64,000 nt of DNA from NCBI GenBank assembly GCA_030599585.1, contig JAUVNS010000005.1, positions 32,001 through 96,000 of the forward strand. Direction: 5' to 3'. Origin of the DNA: Promethearchaeota archaeon (GTDB taxonomy: Archaea; Asgardarchaeota; Lokiarchaeia; Sigyniarchaeales; SOKP01). Shown here piece after piece: positions 1 to 9,041 of this stretch. The translations under genes and the position numbers were made by a program. The notes below the pieces were generated by a model. The model saw only the letters and a list, made by a program, of their open reading frames with translations. It was not told where the DNA came from and did no database searches. Position 1 is the stretch's first letter. Every line of letters begins with the position of its first letter.

Positions 1-2
1 TT

Positions 3-212
3 ATCGTTTCTAGTGGAATTGCTATTTATCTCCAACAAGGAATATTCTTGTTTCTATTTCAAGATGGATCAACAGCTTCAATCTACTATATTAAACAAAG
101 CGACATCCTATTATTTCTAGTAATAATCGTTTTTGGAATCGCGATATATGAAATACCAAATCTTGTAGAACTCATCAATTTCATTATAGTCTTTCGTAAA
201 TTTATTCTTTAA
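3..212 (+). CDS. 3' fragment of a probable membrane protein (runs off the window start)
   Basis: Stop-free frame IVSSGIAIYLQQGIFLFLFQ...LLFLVIIVFGIAIYEIPNLVELINFIIVFRKFIL* with hydrophobic stretches, ending 41 bp before rio2; not in the ORF track. Confidence 0.45.
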   Translation: MVSSGIAIYLQQGIFLFLFQDGSTASIYYIKQSDILLFLVIIVFGIAIYEIPNLVELINFIIVFRKFIL

Positions 213-253
213 TTTACAGTTATAAACTAATACTAAAATAAAGTACAAACAAA

Positions 254-1138
254 ATGAGTAAAGCTGCGAAAATTCTCCCTAACATGGAAAAAGAAGACCT
301 TAGGGTTTTAATGGCAATTGAAATTGGAATGCGAAGATCAGAATTTGTTACAATAAATAATATTAAATTCTATTCAAGGTATCCTATGGAAGAGACTTTA
401 TATCGCCTTAAGAAGGTTCATAAACTAGATTTAATAATAAGAGATTCTTCAAAAAGTAAAGTAGGATATACTCTTAATTCAATTGGTTATGATATCTTAG
501 CACTTCATACCTTAGTAGAAAAAGAGATAATTGGGCAATTAGGCCCATTAATTGGTAAAGGAAAAGAATCAGATGTTTATGGTTGTATGGATGATGATGA
601 GAATATTTTCGCATTAAAAATTTATCGAATTGGGAGAACTAGCTTTAAAAGTATTAAAAGGCTAAGAAGTTTCCTTGGAAATCGAAAACATGCATCTTGG
701 TTGTATATAAATCGACTTGCTGCTAAAAAAGAATTTGAAGCACTAAACAAGATTTATGAACTTAAATTAAATACTCCTAAACCAATTGGTTTTAATAGAC
801 ACATAATAGTTATGTCTTACTTAAGAGGAAAAGAATTAGCCTATCATAGCAATATTAAAAACCCAGTCAAATTATTTAACAAAATTATCAAACAAGTTAA
901 AATTATTTACCAAAAAGCAAAAATGATACATGGAGATCTAGGAGAGTTCAATATCGTAGTAGATCATAAAGATAATATTTTAATTATTGACTGGTTACAA
1001 TGGGTTCCTTCAGATCATCCAAATGCAAATTCGCTTTTAGAAAGAGATATAGGAAATGTGTGTAATTTCTTTAAAAAAAAATTCAATGTAGAAAGCAACC
1101 CTTTAGAAATCATTGAATCATTTAAAAAAAAAAAATAA
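254..1138 (+). CDS. rio2: RIO2-family Ser/Thr kinase
   Basis: N-terminal wHTH (DLRVLMAIEIGMR), GKGKESDVY P-loop, IHGDLGEFN catalytic loop, IIDW. Confidence 0.93.
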   Translation: MSKAAKILPNMEKEDLRVLMAIEIGMRRSEFVTINNIKFYSRYPMEETLYRLKKVHKLDLIIRDSSKSKVGYTLNSIGYDILALHTLVEKEIIGQLGPLIGKGKESDVYGCMDDDENIFALKIYRIGRTSFKSIKRLRSFLGNRKHASWLYINRLAAKKEFEALNKIYELKLNTPKPIGFNRHIIVMSYLRGKELAYHSNIKNPVKLFNKIIKQVKIIYQKAKMIHGDLGEFNIVVDHKDNILIIDWLQWVPSDHPNANSLLERDIGNVCNFFKKKFNVESNPLEIIESFKKKK

Positions 1139-1140
1139 AT

Positions 1141-1743
1141 TCATTTTTTTTTCAAAAGAGTTCCCTGAATAATTACATCTTCAACCCTTTCCAACCTTAT
1201 TAAATTTAAATCTACGATTTCTGATTTTAGATACGAATCAATATTGTCTAAATTCAAATTTTTCTTCAAGATTGATAAATTTAATGAGGTTCCTTGCCGA
1301 CCAACGCGAAATAATTCTCTCAACCCTTTCTTAATATCATGTAAATTTTGAAGCGATGTAACAGCAAAAATTTGGTGGATTTTTTCTTCCCTAAAAGGTA
1401 GATTTTCTATATCCCCTAATATTAAATTTGGGTGTTTGATACTTGATACCTTAGTTATCTTGTGTAAGAATTGTTTCAACATTTTCCAAGAAATATCTAA
1501 ACCGATATATTTTAACTTCTCATCATATATTTGCTGATTAGATCTAAGAAAAAATTCAAAAAGAAGTCCCGTCCCACAACCTGCATCCAATAAGATTTTA
1601 TTATCAAATTTAGAATCTCTTAAAAGTAGTTGGAATTTCGAATTTTGGATATTCTTATATCTGTCATCATAAAAGCTTGAGGTTGAATTGTATTTAGCGA
1701 TAATATATTTTTTTTTCTCTGAATCTTTATTTAGAGGGTTCAA
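1141..1743 (-). CDS. Class I SAM-dependent methyltransferase
   Basis: LLDAGCGTG motif I, GLDIS, GDIENLPF. Confidence 0.85.
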   Translation of the reverse strand: MNPLNKDSEKKKYIIAKYNSTSSFYDDRYKNIQNSKFQLLLRDSKFDNKILLDAGCGTGLLFEFFLRSNQQIYDEKLKYIGLDISWKMLKQFLHKITKVSSIKHPNLILGDIENLPFREEKIHQIFAVTSLQNLHDIKKGLRELFRVGRQGTSLNLSILKKNLNLDNIDSYLKSEIVDLNLIRLERVEDVIIQGTLLKKK

Positions 1744-1836
1744 TATTCTTAGAAAGGTTTTAATTGAAAAAAGTTTTTCTTTAAATTATCTTTTTAATAA
1801 TTATAATATAAATGTTTTTTTAATAAGTGATAAAGA

Positions 1837-2091
1837 ATGTCAAGTCAAAATAATAGAAATAAGAACCCTTTACATATATTACAAGCCGCCCAAAACAGTC
1901 AAATCTTGCTTAGATTAAAAGACGGTACGGAATATAAGGGTTTATTAAAAGAAATCGACGCCTACATGAATTTAATCTTAGAAAATGCTACTGAAATCAT
2001 GGAAGGATCTCCTGTGGCTAAATACAACGAAATTTTTATACGCGGTAATAATTTGCTGTTCATAAAGCCAGATGCTTCTCAAATTATGTAA
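1837..2091 (+). CDS. Sm/Lsm-family protein (SmAP)
   Basis: Sm1 YKGLLKEIDAYMNLILENA and Sm2 IFIRGNNL. Confidence 0.93.
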   Translation: MSSQNNRNKNPLHILQAAQNSQILLRLKDGTEYKGLLKEIDAYMNLILENATEIMEGSPVAKYNEIFIRGNNLLFIKPDASQIM

Positions 2092-2104
2092 TTGAGAGCA
2101 AGAA

Positions 2105-2548
2105 TTGAAAAATAGCGACACTTCAGATTCTAATTTCATATCAGTTATAGGTTACGGTACGTTCATCACCCTTGGGCATTGGAAGAATAAATTCAATGTT
2201 GAGGTGTGTACTGTGAATAAATTTACAAGGATTTTCCCTAGAAATAGCTGGTTTCCTTATGCGTTAAAATCATCTGGCTCATTTAAAGCGTTAAAATTTG
2301 ATGTATCTAAAGAAGAAATAAAGATTTTAGATAAAATCGAAGGTGTAGCTGACGGCTTATTTAAGCGAGTTATGGTTGATATTTTATTAAAAAATAATCA
2401 GTCCTCATCTGCTTTTATGTATATTCCTACTGAAGAGACAATAGTTTCTCAAAAACTAACCTTAGAATCAGACAAAATTGATCGATGGAAAGAAGAAATC
2501 AAGAAACTACCCGAAATTGTTAGAAAATTTCCCGATCTATTCACTTGA
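2105..2548 (+). CDS. Gamma-glutamylcyclotransferase (GGCT/AIG2)-like protein
   Basis: VIGYGT motif, LDKIEG..LFKR, AFMY. Confidence 0.65.
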   Translation: MKNSDTSDSNFISVIGYGTFITLGHWKNKFNVEVCTVNKFTRIFPRNSWFPYALKSSGSFKALKFDVSKEEIKILDKIEGVADGLFKRVMVDILLKNNQSSSAFMYIPTEETIVSQKLTLESDKIDRWKEEIKKLPEIVRKFPDLFT

Positions 2549-3445
2549 TTAAGAGATAATCTTAGGTATCACTGTTTTATTTCTTATAATTGCGTATGAT
2601 GCGGGAATGGGGGCTAATGTGCCTCGATAATTAGCAGAAGAAAAAATTGATAACAATCGTTTGTTGAAAAACCATTTATACCCTTCAGGGAACCTTTCGT
2701 GAGCTCTTACCAAGTAATCTAATTTGTTTTCTCGCATAAAATCTGAGAATACATCTTCTCCAAAGAATTTGACCTCTCTTCCTCTAAAACTTTCCGTAAA
2801 ACCTTCTAGATTGGGTTTGGGATCGTTCCACATAATTTGTAGCAAGCTTTTAGCTGTATTTTCATCAATTAAGTTTATTTCTGATGTTTTAATACCTCTT
2901 AATCTATTAATAGCGTTGAATTCTTCTGGAATACCTCCATGAAGACACAATATGGATTCATTTACTAAAGCACTATAAGGAAGAGCGTTATATAATGCTT
3001 TAACCTGGTTAAATTTCTTAGGATCTTTAAACCGATTTAAAAAATCTTGATAAAACCCATAGTTCCGATTAACTTCTAGAGTTTCGTGATTCCCCTTTAA
3101 AAAAAAATATTTATTAGAATCTTTTATTTTTAATGCTAGGACTAAAATTAAGCACTCTAACTGATATGAACCGCGATCGACGATATCGCCTAAAAAGATA
3201 ACATACTTCGAGTTTTCTTTTTTGATGATTTCCATCAATTTCATCAGACTTTTCAAATCCCCATGGAGATCTCCAATTACCATAACTTTATCTTGTGGAT
3301 GTTCTTTCTTTAACTCCAAAATTAGAGTTTCTTCTCTAAATAACTTAACTGCTTCGCGAAAAACTAAAAGAAGTTTTTTAAACTTTAATTTGGCTATTAG
3401 ATATGGATTTTCGATTATTCTATCTAAGAATGATTGTTCTATCAA
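2549..3445 (-). CDS. PPP-family Ser/Thr protein phosphatase
   Basis: GDLHG, GDIVDRG, KGNHE, HGG, WNDP, RAHE, FSSANY motifs. Confidence 0.92.
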   Translation of the reverse strand: MIEQSFLDRIIENPYLIAKLKFKKLLLVFREAVKLFREETLILELKKEHPQDKVMVIGDLHGDLKSLMKLMEIIKKENSKYVIFLGDIVDRGSYQLECLILVLALKIKDSNKYFFLKGNHETLEVNRNYGFYQDFLNRFKDPKKFNQVKALYNALPYSALVNESILCLHGGIPEEFNAINRLRGIKTSEINLIDENTAKSLLQIMWNDPKPNLEGFTESFRGREVKFFGEDVFSDFMRENKLDYLVRAHERFPEGYKWFFNKRLLSIFSSANYRGTLAPIPASYAIIRNKTVIPKIIS

Positions 3446-3608
3446 TTTTCACTATGATTATGTATTGCAAATTTAAAAATCTCTAATAACTATGACACTA
3501 TTTTAAAATTAATACCTTACAGTTTTATAAATAAAGGCTATGATTATAAAAGTAGATATTATAAAAGTCTTTAATGAATTAATTTTTAAATCTGTCTAAT
3601 GAAAAATT

Positions 3609-5636
3609 TTGCCAAATAAAAGCGCTACTTTTACCTTAGAATCGGTAATTAAGAGTTTCGAAGAAAAAAAAATTGCGGAAAAAATCAATAACCGTGATCG
3701 TGGGGTAATATATACGCCTCAACCTATTGCAGATCTAATGGTAGTAAATATTTTTAGAATCTTTGTTAGCGATATTTCAGAAACATTAAATACGGGTGAA
3801 AAGTTCAATACTACTCTTAAGCTTTTAAATTTTTTTATAGAACATAAAAATCTTAAAAATAAGCTTAAAATAAAGCTAAATAATATAAAAATTTTAGATC
3901 CTGCTTGCGGAACGGGAAGATTTTTAACTGCTGCTGCCAATTTGCTTTTAAATTTTTATAAAATATGCGAACCGGAACAAAATATCTACGATCTTAAGAA
4001 GAAAATTATTCAGAATCATATATTCGGAATTGATATTGATAAAACATCAATATTGATGTCAAAATTAATATTAATAAAATGGATATATTCGGAAAACAAG
4101 ATTGAACTGAAGAAAAATAAAGATAATATTCCTAATTTAGGAGAAATTGAAAATTTTATCGATGATATCGATCTAAGCTTTAATCTGTTTAATATGGATT
4201 ATTTGCTCGAGTTTGATCAGCAAGACTTTGATATCATCATTGGTAACCCTCCCTATGTAGAAAATAAAAAAATTGGTAATAAAGAATTTAAGAAAAAGCT
4301 AAAAAAAAATTTTGATTCTGCTTATAGATTATATGACCTCAGTGTAGTTTTTCTTGAAAAATCACTAAAAATCCTAAAAACTGGAATTGGTTGTCTTTCC
4401 TTTTTAACCACCAATAAATTTATATCAGCAGAATATGGTTTGAAAATAAGGGAATTGTTATTGCGAATAACGGAGATTAAGGAAATACTAAACATATCTT
4501 CGTTACCAATATTTAAAAACACGGCAGCCTATCCCATAATTCTATCATGCAAAAAGAACAACAACGTCAAAAATACAGTTATTATTAAAAATTATGACAA
4601 TATCACCGATTTTAAACAACTTCACAGCAAGAATCTAATTAAATTTCCTCAAAGCATAATCCATTCTTTGCCTTCATTTATAATCCCTTTAAATTCTGAT
4701 GCCAATTTAATTAATTTCCTTTATGCAAACTTTAAACCTTTATCAATTGCAATAAAGGATCTTAATATTCTATATCGGCCATTTGGATTTATTAAATGGG
4801 CAGAAAATTTTAAATATATGAATAAGAACAAGGTATCTGATAAAGATCTCATTTTATTGGGGACAGGAAATGTAGGTAAATATTTCATTAATTTTAATAA
4901 GCGAATAAAAATTGCCAAAGTCGATAAAGAGATATCTTATTTTAGCTATCAACCAGCATACAAAGAAGTTTGGAGCAAACTTTCAAGTGAAAAATTAGTT
5001 TTTAGAGAACTTTCAAAAGAGATTACTTTCGTATACGATCCAGGAATTTTTGCTAATTTAACAGGGTTGTATTTTTTGAAGGTACCGTCATTTACAACAA
5101 ACGATTATTTTTGTTTGTTGTCGATACTGAATTCAGATATTATTAATACCGTATTTAATGCATTATACGGAACTCTTCATATGTCTGGAGGGTATTTAAG
5201 GTATAACGGAAGCTTTATAAAAAACCTACCCATGCCAGATCGTTTTCCCATATCGCTTTCTTATCTAGGTAAAATAATTCAATTTTTATCACAATTAAAA
5301 TTTGAACTTCTCCAAGAACCTATCGATGAAATTAAATTATTAGAAATCGAAAACTTCTTAAATTTTTATCAGAGTCTATCAAATTCTTTAGTTACTCAAC
5401 TGTATTTACAATTCGAACCTTATAATGAATTAAATAAATTATTAAATTCTCCTAATTCGATACCAGATATAAAAATTAATAATTTTAAATGTCGTTTTGA
5501 TCTACCGAAATATAATACTTATTTAAAGGAAGAATTGAAGGAAAACCTAAATCAAATTAATAATTCATTTAATTTTTTAAATGAAAATTCGAAATTGGTG
5601 CATCAAATAAACAAATGTTTAGTGTATAAATTCTAA
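3609..5636 (+). CDS. N6-adenine DNA methyltransferase (Eco57I/TaqI-like, gamma motif order), no adjacent endonuclease
   Basis: YTP, ILDPACGTG (motif I), IGNPPY (motif IV), C-terminal TaqI-C-like LLSILNS. Confidence 0.88.
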   Translation: MPNKSATFTLESVIKSFEEKKIAEKINNRDRGVIYTPQPIADLMVVNIFRIFVSDISETLNTGEKFNTTLKLLNFFIEHKNLKNKLKIKLNNIKILDPACGTGRFLTAAANLLLNFYKICEPEQNIYDLKKKIIQNHIFGIDIDKTSILMSKLILIKWIYSENKIELKKNKDNIPNLGEIENFIDDIDLSFNLFNMDYLLEFDQQDFDIIIGNPPYVENKKIGNKEFKKKLKKNFDSAYRLYDLSVVFLEKSLKILKTGIGCLSFLTTNKFISAEYGLKIRELLLRITEIKEILNISSLPIFKNTAAYPIILSCKKNNNVKNTVIIKNYDNITDFKQLHSKNLIKFPQSIIHSLPSFIIPLNSDANLINFLYANFKPLSIAIKDLNILYRPFGFIKWAENFKYMNKNKVSDKDLILLGTGNVGKYFINFNKRIKIAKVDKEISYFSYQPAYKEVWSKLSSEKLVFRELSKEITFVYDPGIFANLTGLYFLKVPSFTTNDYFCLLSILNSDIINTVFNALYGTLHMSGGYLRYNGSFIKNLPMPDRFPISLSYLGKIIQFLSQLKFELLQEPIDEIKLLEIENFLNFYQSLSNSLVTQLYLQFEPYNELNKLLNSPNSIPDIKINNFKCRFDLPKYNTYLKEELKENLNQINNSFNFLNENSKLVHQINKCLVYKF

Positions 5637-5700
5637 TTTTTCCTATAAAAAAAACCGTTAAAATAGATGCTAATTATAATATAATATTTAACTACAATTT

Positions 5701-7164
5701 ATGAAAAAAAAAGGGATTTATAAGATGGAAAACTCTACATCAGAAAAATTAAGTTTGGCACCTCCAAAATTTAATACAAAACAACGTATACATTGGGGTT
5801 TAGCAAGTTTTGGCGGATCATTAATAAGTGGAACTTATGGTTCGCTTTTGTCGATTTTTTATGTCGATTATTTAGGTCTGGTTGGACCTTACGCCTATTT
5901 AGTAGTTATTATGAGTGTAGCTTACGCTGTTTGGAACGCTTTTAACGACCCTCTTTTTGGGTTCTACTCTGATCGGTCAAAATCAAAAAAAGGAAGAAGA
6001 ATTCCATTCATGCGGTATACAGCGCCGTTTCTTGGTTTAACTTTTATTATTGTTTGGTTTGCCCCGATTAGTCCTGACAAAATATTTATTTTTTGGTGGA
6101 TGCTAGTAACAACATTCCTGTATGATACTGCCTATACTATCGTGTTCCTAATATATTCAGCGCTTCCTCCTGAGCTAACTGAAGATGAACAAGAAAGAAA
6201 TAAATTATCTTTATTTGCCTCTTTTTTTAGTCTAATAGGGATGATTTTAGGATTCTTAATTCCAGACTTCTTCCGACAAGAACAAGGAATATTTCCTCTA
6301 CAAATGGCCATGATAGCAGTTGGAATCGTTGGAGCTCTTTTTATATTATATACTACATTTAAGTTTAAAGAGCGTCCAGAATTTACAAAAGTAGATGAGC
6401 CTCTCAAAATTAAAGATGCTATAAAATATACTTTTAAAAGCAAATCGTTTATAGTTCTTGTTTTAGCCAATTTTATGAGCGTATTTATGCAATCGCTGAT
6501 TATTGGTTCGATGTTTTATTTGGCTGATTATGTAACGCAATCATCTACTATCCTGTTGCTTGTAGCTGTATTCGTTCCGCTTATATTAGGAGTATGGATA
6601 ACCCCAAAATTGATTGCCAAATTTGGAGTTGTACGGGCCGATCAAATATTATTGACAATAGGAGCTACGGGTTTACTGCTTTTAACATTTGTTCCGGTTA
6701 CAATGATATATCTTAGCTTTATTCTTGCAGGTATGGGGCTTGTAGGACCATTAGTTTTGACTAATGTAATGTTCGCTCAAGTGATCGACGAAGATGAGTT
6801 AAAAACTGGAGTCAGAAGAGAAGCAGTTTATTTTGGCATGAATGCTTTTATTACTAAACCGGCACAGAGCATCGCACTTGCTCTTCCAGCTATTTTGTTG
6901 TCTTTAGCTCACTTCGTTCCCAGAAATGCATTGGGGGAGATTCAACCCCAAACACATCCGACTGAAGTAGATTTCGCAATAAGAGCTTTTATGGGGTTAA
7001 TTCCAGCCATAGTATTGTTTATTGAGGTTTTAATTCTGCAGCTTTATCCGTTAAAGGGAGAATATTTGGCAAAAGTTCAAAAAGAAATTCTCGTTTTACA
7101 CAACAAAAAACATGCTAAACTGATGGAATTAGAAAAACAACAAAAGCCAGATAGAAATCAATAA
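5701..7164 (+). CDS. MFS/GPH (MelB-like) transporter
   Basis: About 12 hydrophobic segments, NDPLFGFYSDR..GRRIPF, IDEDELKTGVRREA; start may be the second Met (5725). Confidence 0.88.
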   Translation: MKKKGIYKMENSTSEKLSLAPPKFNTKQRIHWGLASFGGSLISGTYGSLLSIFYVDYLGLVGPYAYLVVIMSVAYAVWNAFNDPLFGFYSDRSKSKKGRRIPFMRYTAPFLGLTFIIVWFAPISPDKIFIFWWMLVTTFLYDTAYTIVFLIYSALPPELTEDEQERNKLSLFASFFSLIGMILGFLIPDFFRQEQGIFPLQMAMIAVGIVGALFILYTTFKFKERPEFTKVDEPLKIKDAIKYTFKSKSFIVLVLANFMSVFMQSLIIGSMFYLADYVTQSSTILLLVAVFVPLILGVWITPKLIAKFGVVRADQILLTIGATGLLLLTFVPVTMIYLSFILAGMGLVGPLVLTNVMFAQVIDEDELKTGVRREAVYFGMNAFITKPAQSIALALPAILLSLAHFVPRNALGEIQPQTHPTEVDFAIRAFMGLIPAIVLFIEVLILQLYPLKGEYLAKVQKEILVLHNKKHAKLMELEKQQKPDRNQ

Positions 7165-7352
7165 TAATTCGAATATATAGCTAAAAATTAATTTTTTTTT
7201 CTTTTTTACATATAATATAAGCATTTTAGGTTTTAACACCAAGTACGAATTGAACTAAATATTCACTTCTCCAAAATAAAATAATAAAATCTAAATTTTA
7301 TATTAACCATTCATTTCTATATTGATATTAAAATATAAAAATAATATTACTC

Positions 7353-7679
7353 GTGAAATCAATGGCTAAAAAAAAGAAATTACCAGATGAAACTGAAGTA
7401 GAAGATGTTCCTGTTGGGAACGTAGATGAAGACGGAGATGAAATTTTAGATTTATACGATGAAGAGGATAATCTCGAAGAGGATATCGATTACGATCTGA
7501 GCAAAGTCGAGGACGATATGCTAGCAGACGAGACCGAAGACGAAGAATTCGGGATGGAAGTCGATGCAGTAGTAACAATGCTAAGAAAAGTTAAATGCGA
7601 CCCTTGTCCGGGTTTAAAAAGTATACCTGGATGTAAAATAGCGCACGATTACGGTTGTCCAAAACCTAACAAGCCATAA
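7353..7679 (+). CDS. Small highly acidic protein with C-terminal 4-Cys cluster
   Basis: Long D/E-rich tract, then CDPC-x8-C-x7-C; start probably ATG at 7362. Confidence 0.7.
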   Translation: MKSMAKKKKLPDETEVEDVPVGNVDEDGDEILDLYDEEDNLEEDIDYDLSKVEDDMLADETEDEEFGMEVDAVVTMLRKVKCDPCPGLKSIPGCKIAHDYGCPKPNKP

Positions 7680-7738
7680 TTAACCTAAATTATATCCTCT
7701 TATTTTTTATTTAAATTTTACTATGTTTACATGTAAAA

Positions 7739-8740
7739 ATGCTTTCTAAAAATCACAAACGTGTTATACTTATCTTTTTTGATCTCTTAATTAGTGCCTA
7801 CATATGGAATGTAAATGCCTCGTGGGGGAATCCTTTTAACACATGCCTAGTTTTGTCAACAACGACTTTTTTAATCATTTACACACCATTTGAAATATAT
7901 TGGAGCTTTAGGGATATTTATTTTGATCGGTGGATTCCAATCAAACATAATAACTTGAAAACATCTAAAATAAAAATCAAGGTCGATCAAAGCAAAAAAG
8001 GAAAAAGCGAGTATCTAGGAGGGCTTCTAATCTCATTTGATGAAATTAATAAAGATCGATTGAATGACACTGTTGTAATTGTGTGTCACGGATTTTCAGA
8101 TAAAAAAGAAACCCTCGAATATTATTATTTACCTTTAGCTTACCAAGGATATACTATTCTCGTATATGATGCCCGAGGTACTGGAGATTCTAAAAAAGTT
8201 GGAAAAAGAAGTCAGTTTATAAAAAGAATAGATGATTTCAAAAAAGTAGTTAGTTGGATTGAAAATAATAACGAACTTAAATCATATAAAATTTATGCCG
8301 TTGGATTCAGTATCGGAGCTATTACTGCTCTATGTGGTGGGTTTTCAAGTGATAATATAAAGAAGATTATTGCGATATCGGCTATGTCTTATTATAAACA
8401 AAATTTACCAAAATATAATTTAATTGTTATGCTCAGCTATTTAATGAAGGGAGTTAAATTGTTTCCAAATATAGAAGAAAACAAAAAAATCTCACCGTAT
8501 ATCGTTATTGAACAATTCAAGAGTTTAATTTCAAATGAAGAATGGGAGAATTACTCTCGAAGGGTGTTTCTTATTCATGCTAGAGATGATAGAATAATTA
8601 AATTCAAAAACTTCAAAGAAAATGTTTCCCTACTTGGTACCACAGAAAAAAATACATTAATCCTTAAAAAAGGAGGTCATACACAAAAGAAAAATGAATT
8701 ACTCTTAGTTGCAGCCACATTAGATTTCTTTAAATCTTAA
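7739..8740 (+). CDS. Alpha/beta hydrolase with N-terminal membrane anchor
   Basis: CHGF, YDARGTG, GFSIG nucleophile elbow, DD..GGH. Confidence 0.85.
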   Translation: MLSKNHKRVILIFFDLLISAYIWNVNASWGNPFNTCLVLSTTTFLIIYTPFEIYWSFRDIYFDRWIPIKHNNLKTSKIKIKVDQSKKGKSEYLGGLLISFDEINKDRLNDTVVIVCHGFSDKKETLEYYYLPLAYQGYTILVYDARGTGDSKKVGKRSQFIKRIDDFKKVVSWIENNNELKSYKIYAVGFSIGAITALCGGFSSDNIKKIIAISAMSYYKQNLPKYNLIVMLSYLMKGVKLFPNIEENKKISPYIVIEQFKSLISNEEWENYSRRVFLIHARDDRIIKFKNFKENVSLLGTTEKNTLILKKGGHTQKKNELLLVAATLDFFKS

Positions 8741-8824
8741 ATACCACATTTCATAGACTTTTTAATACGTTTACTTTAAATAAGCTACCTCTCAAATATT
8801 CTATATTAAGCATAATGATTTTAA

Positions 8825-9010
8825 ATGATAAATTGCCCCCATTGTTCAGAGGAGCTAAAAGAACAGAACCTGTATAAATATTTTCAAATTTCTTTAGGTG
8901 ATTTCATAAATGGCGTGTTTAAAGGTGACAAAATTCTTTACTTTCATCCAGAATGTCTTCGTAATTCAGAGCTTAGTAAAAGTCCGCTTTTAACTCCAGT
9001 ATTGGAATAG
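8825..9010 (+). CDS. Small zinc-finger-like protein (CxxC...HxxC)
   Basis: CPHC-x33-HPEC; fills the intergenic space. Confidence 0.6.
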   Translation: MINCPHCSEELKEQNLYKYFQISLGDFINGVFKGDKILYFHPECLRNSELSKSPLLTPVLE

Positions 9011-9041
9011 CTATTTGAGCTTACATATAATTAAATTGAAT

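Noticed and set aside
8825-9010. LysW-like carrier for the adjacent ATP-grasp
   Set aside because: Lacks the second CxxC and the EDWGE terminus; lysine synthesis here is by the DAP route
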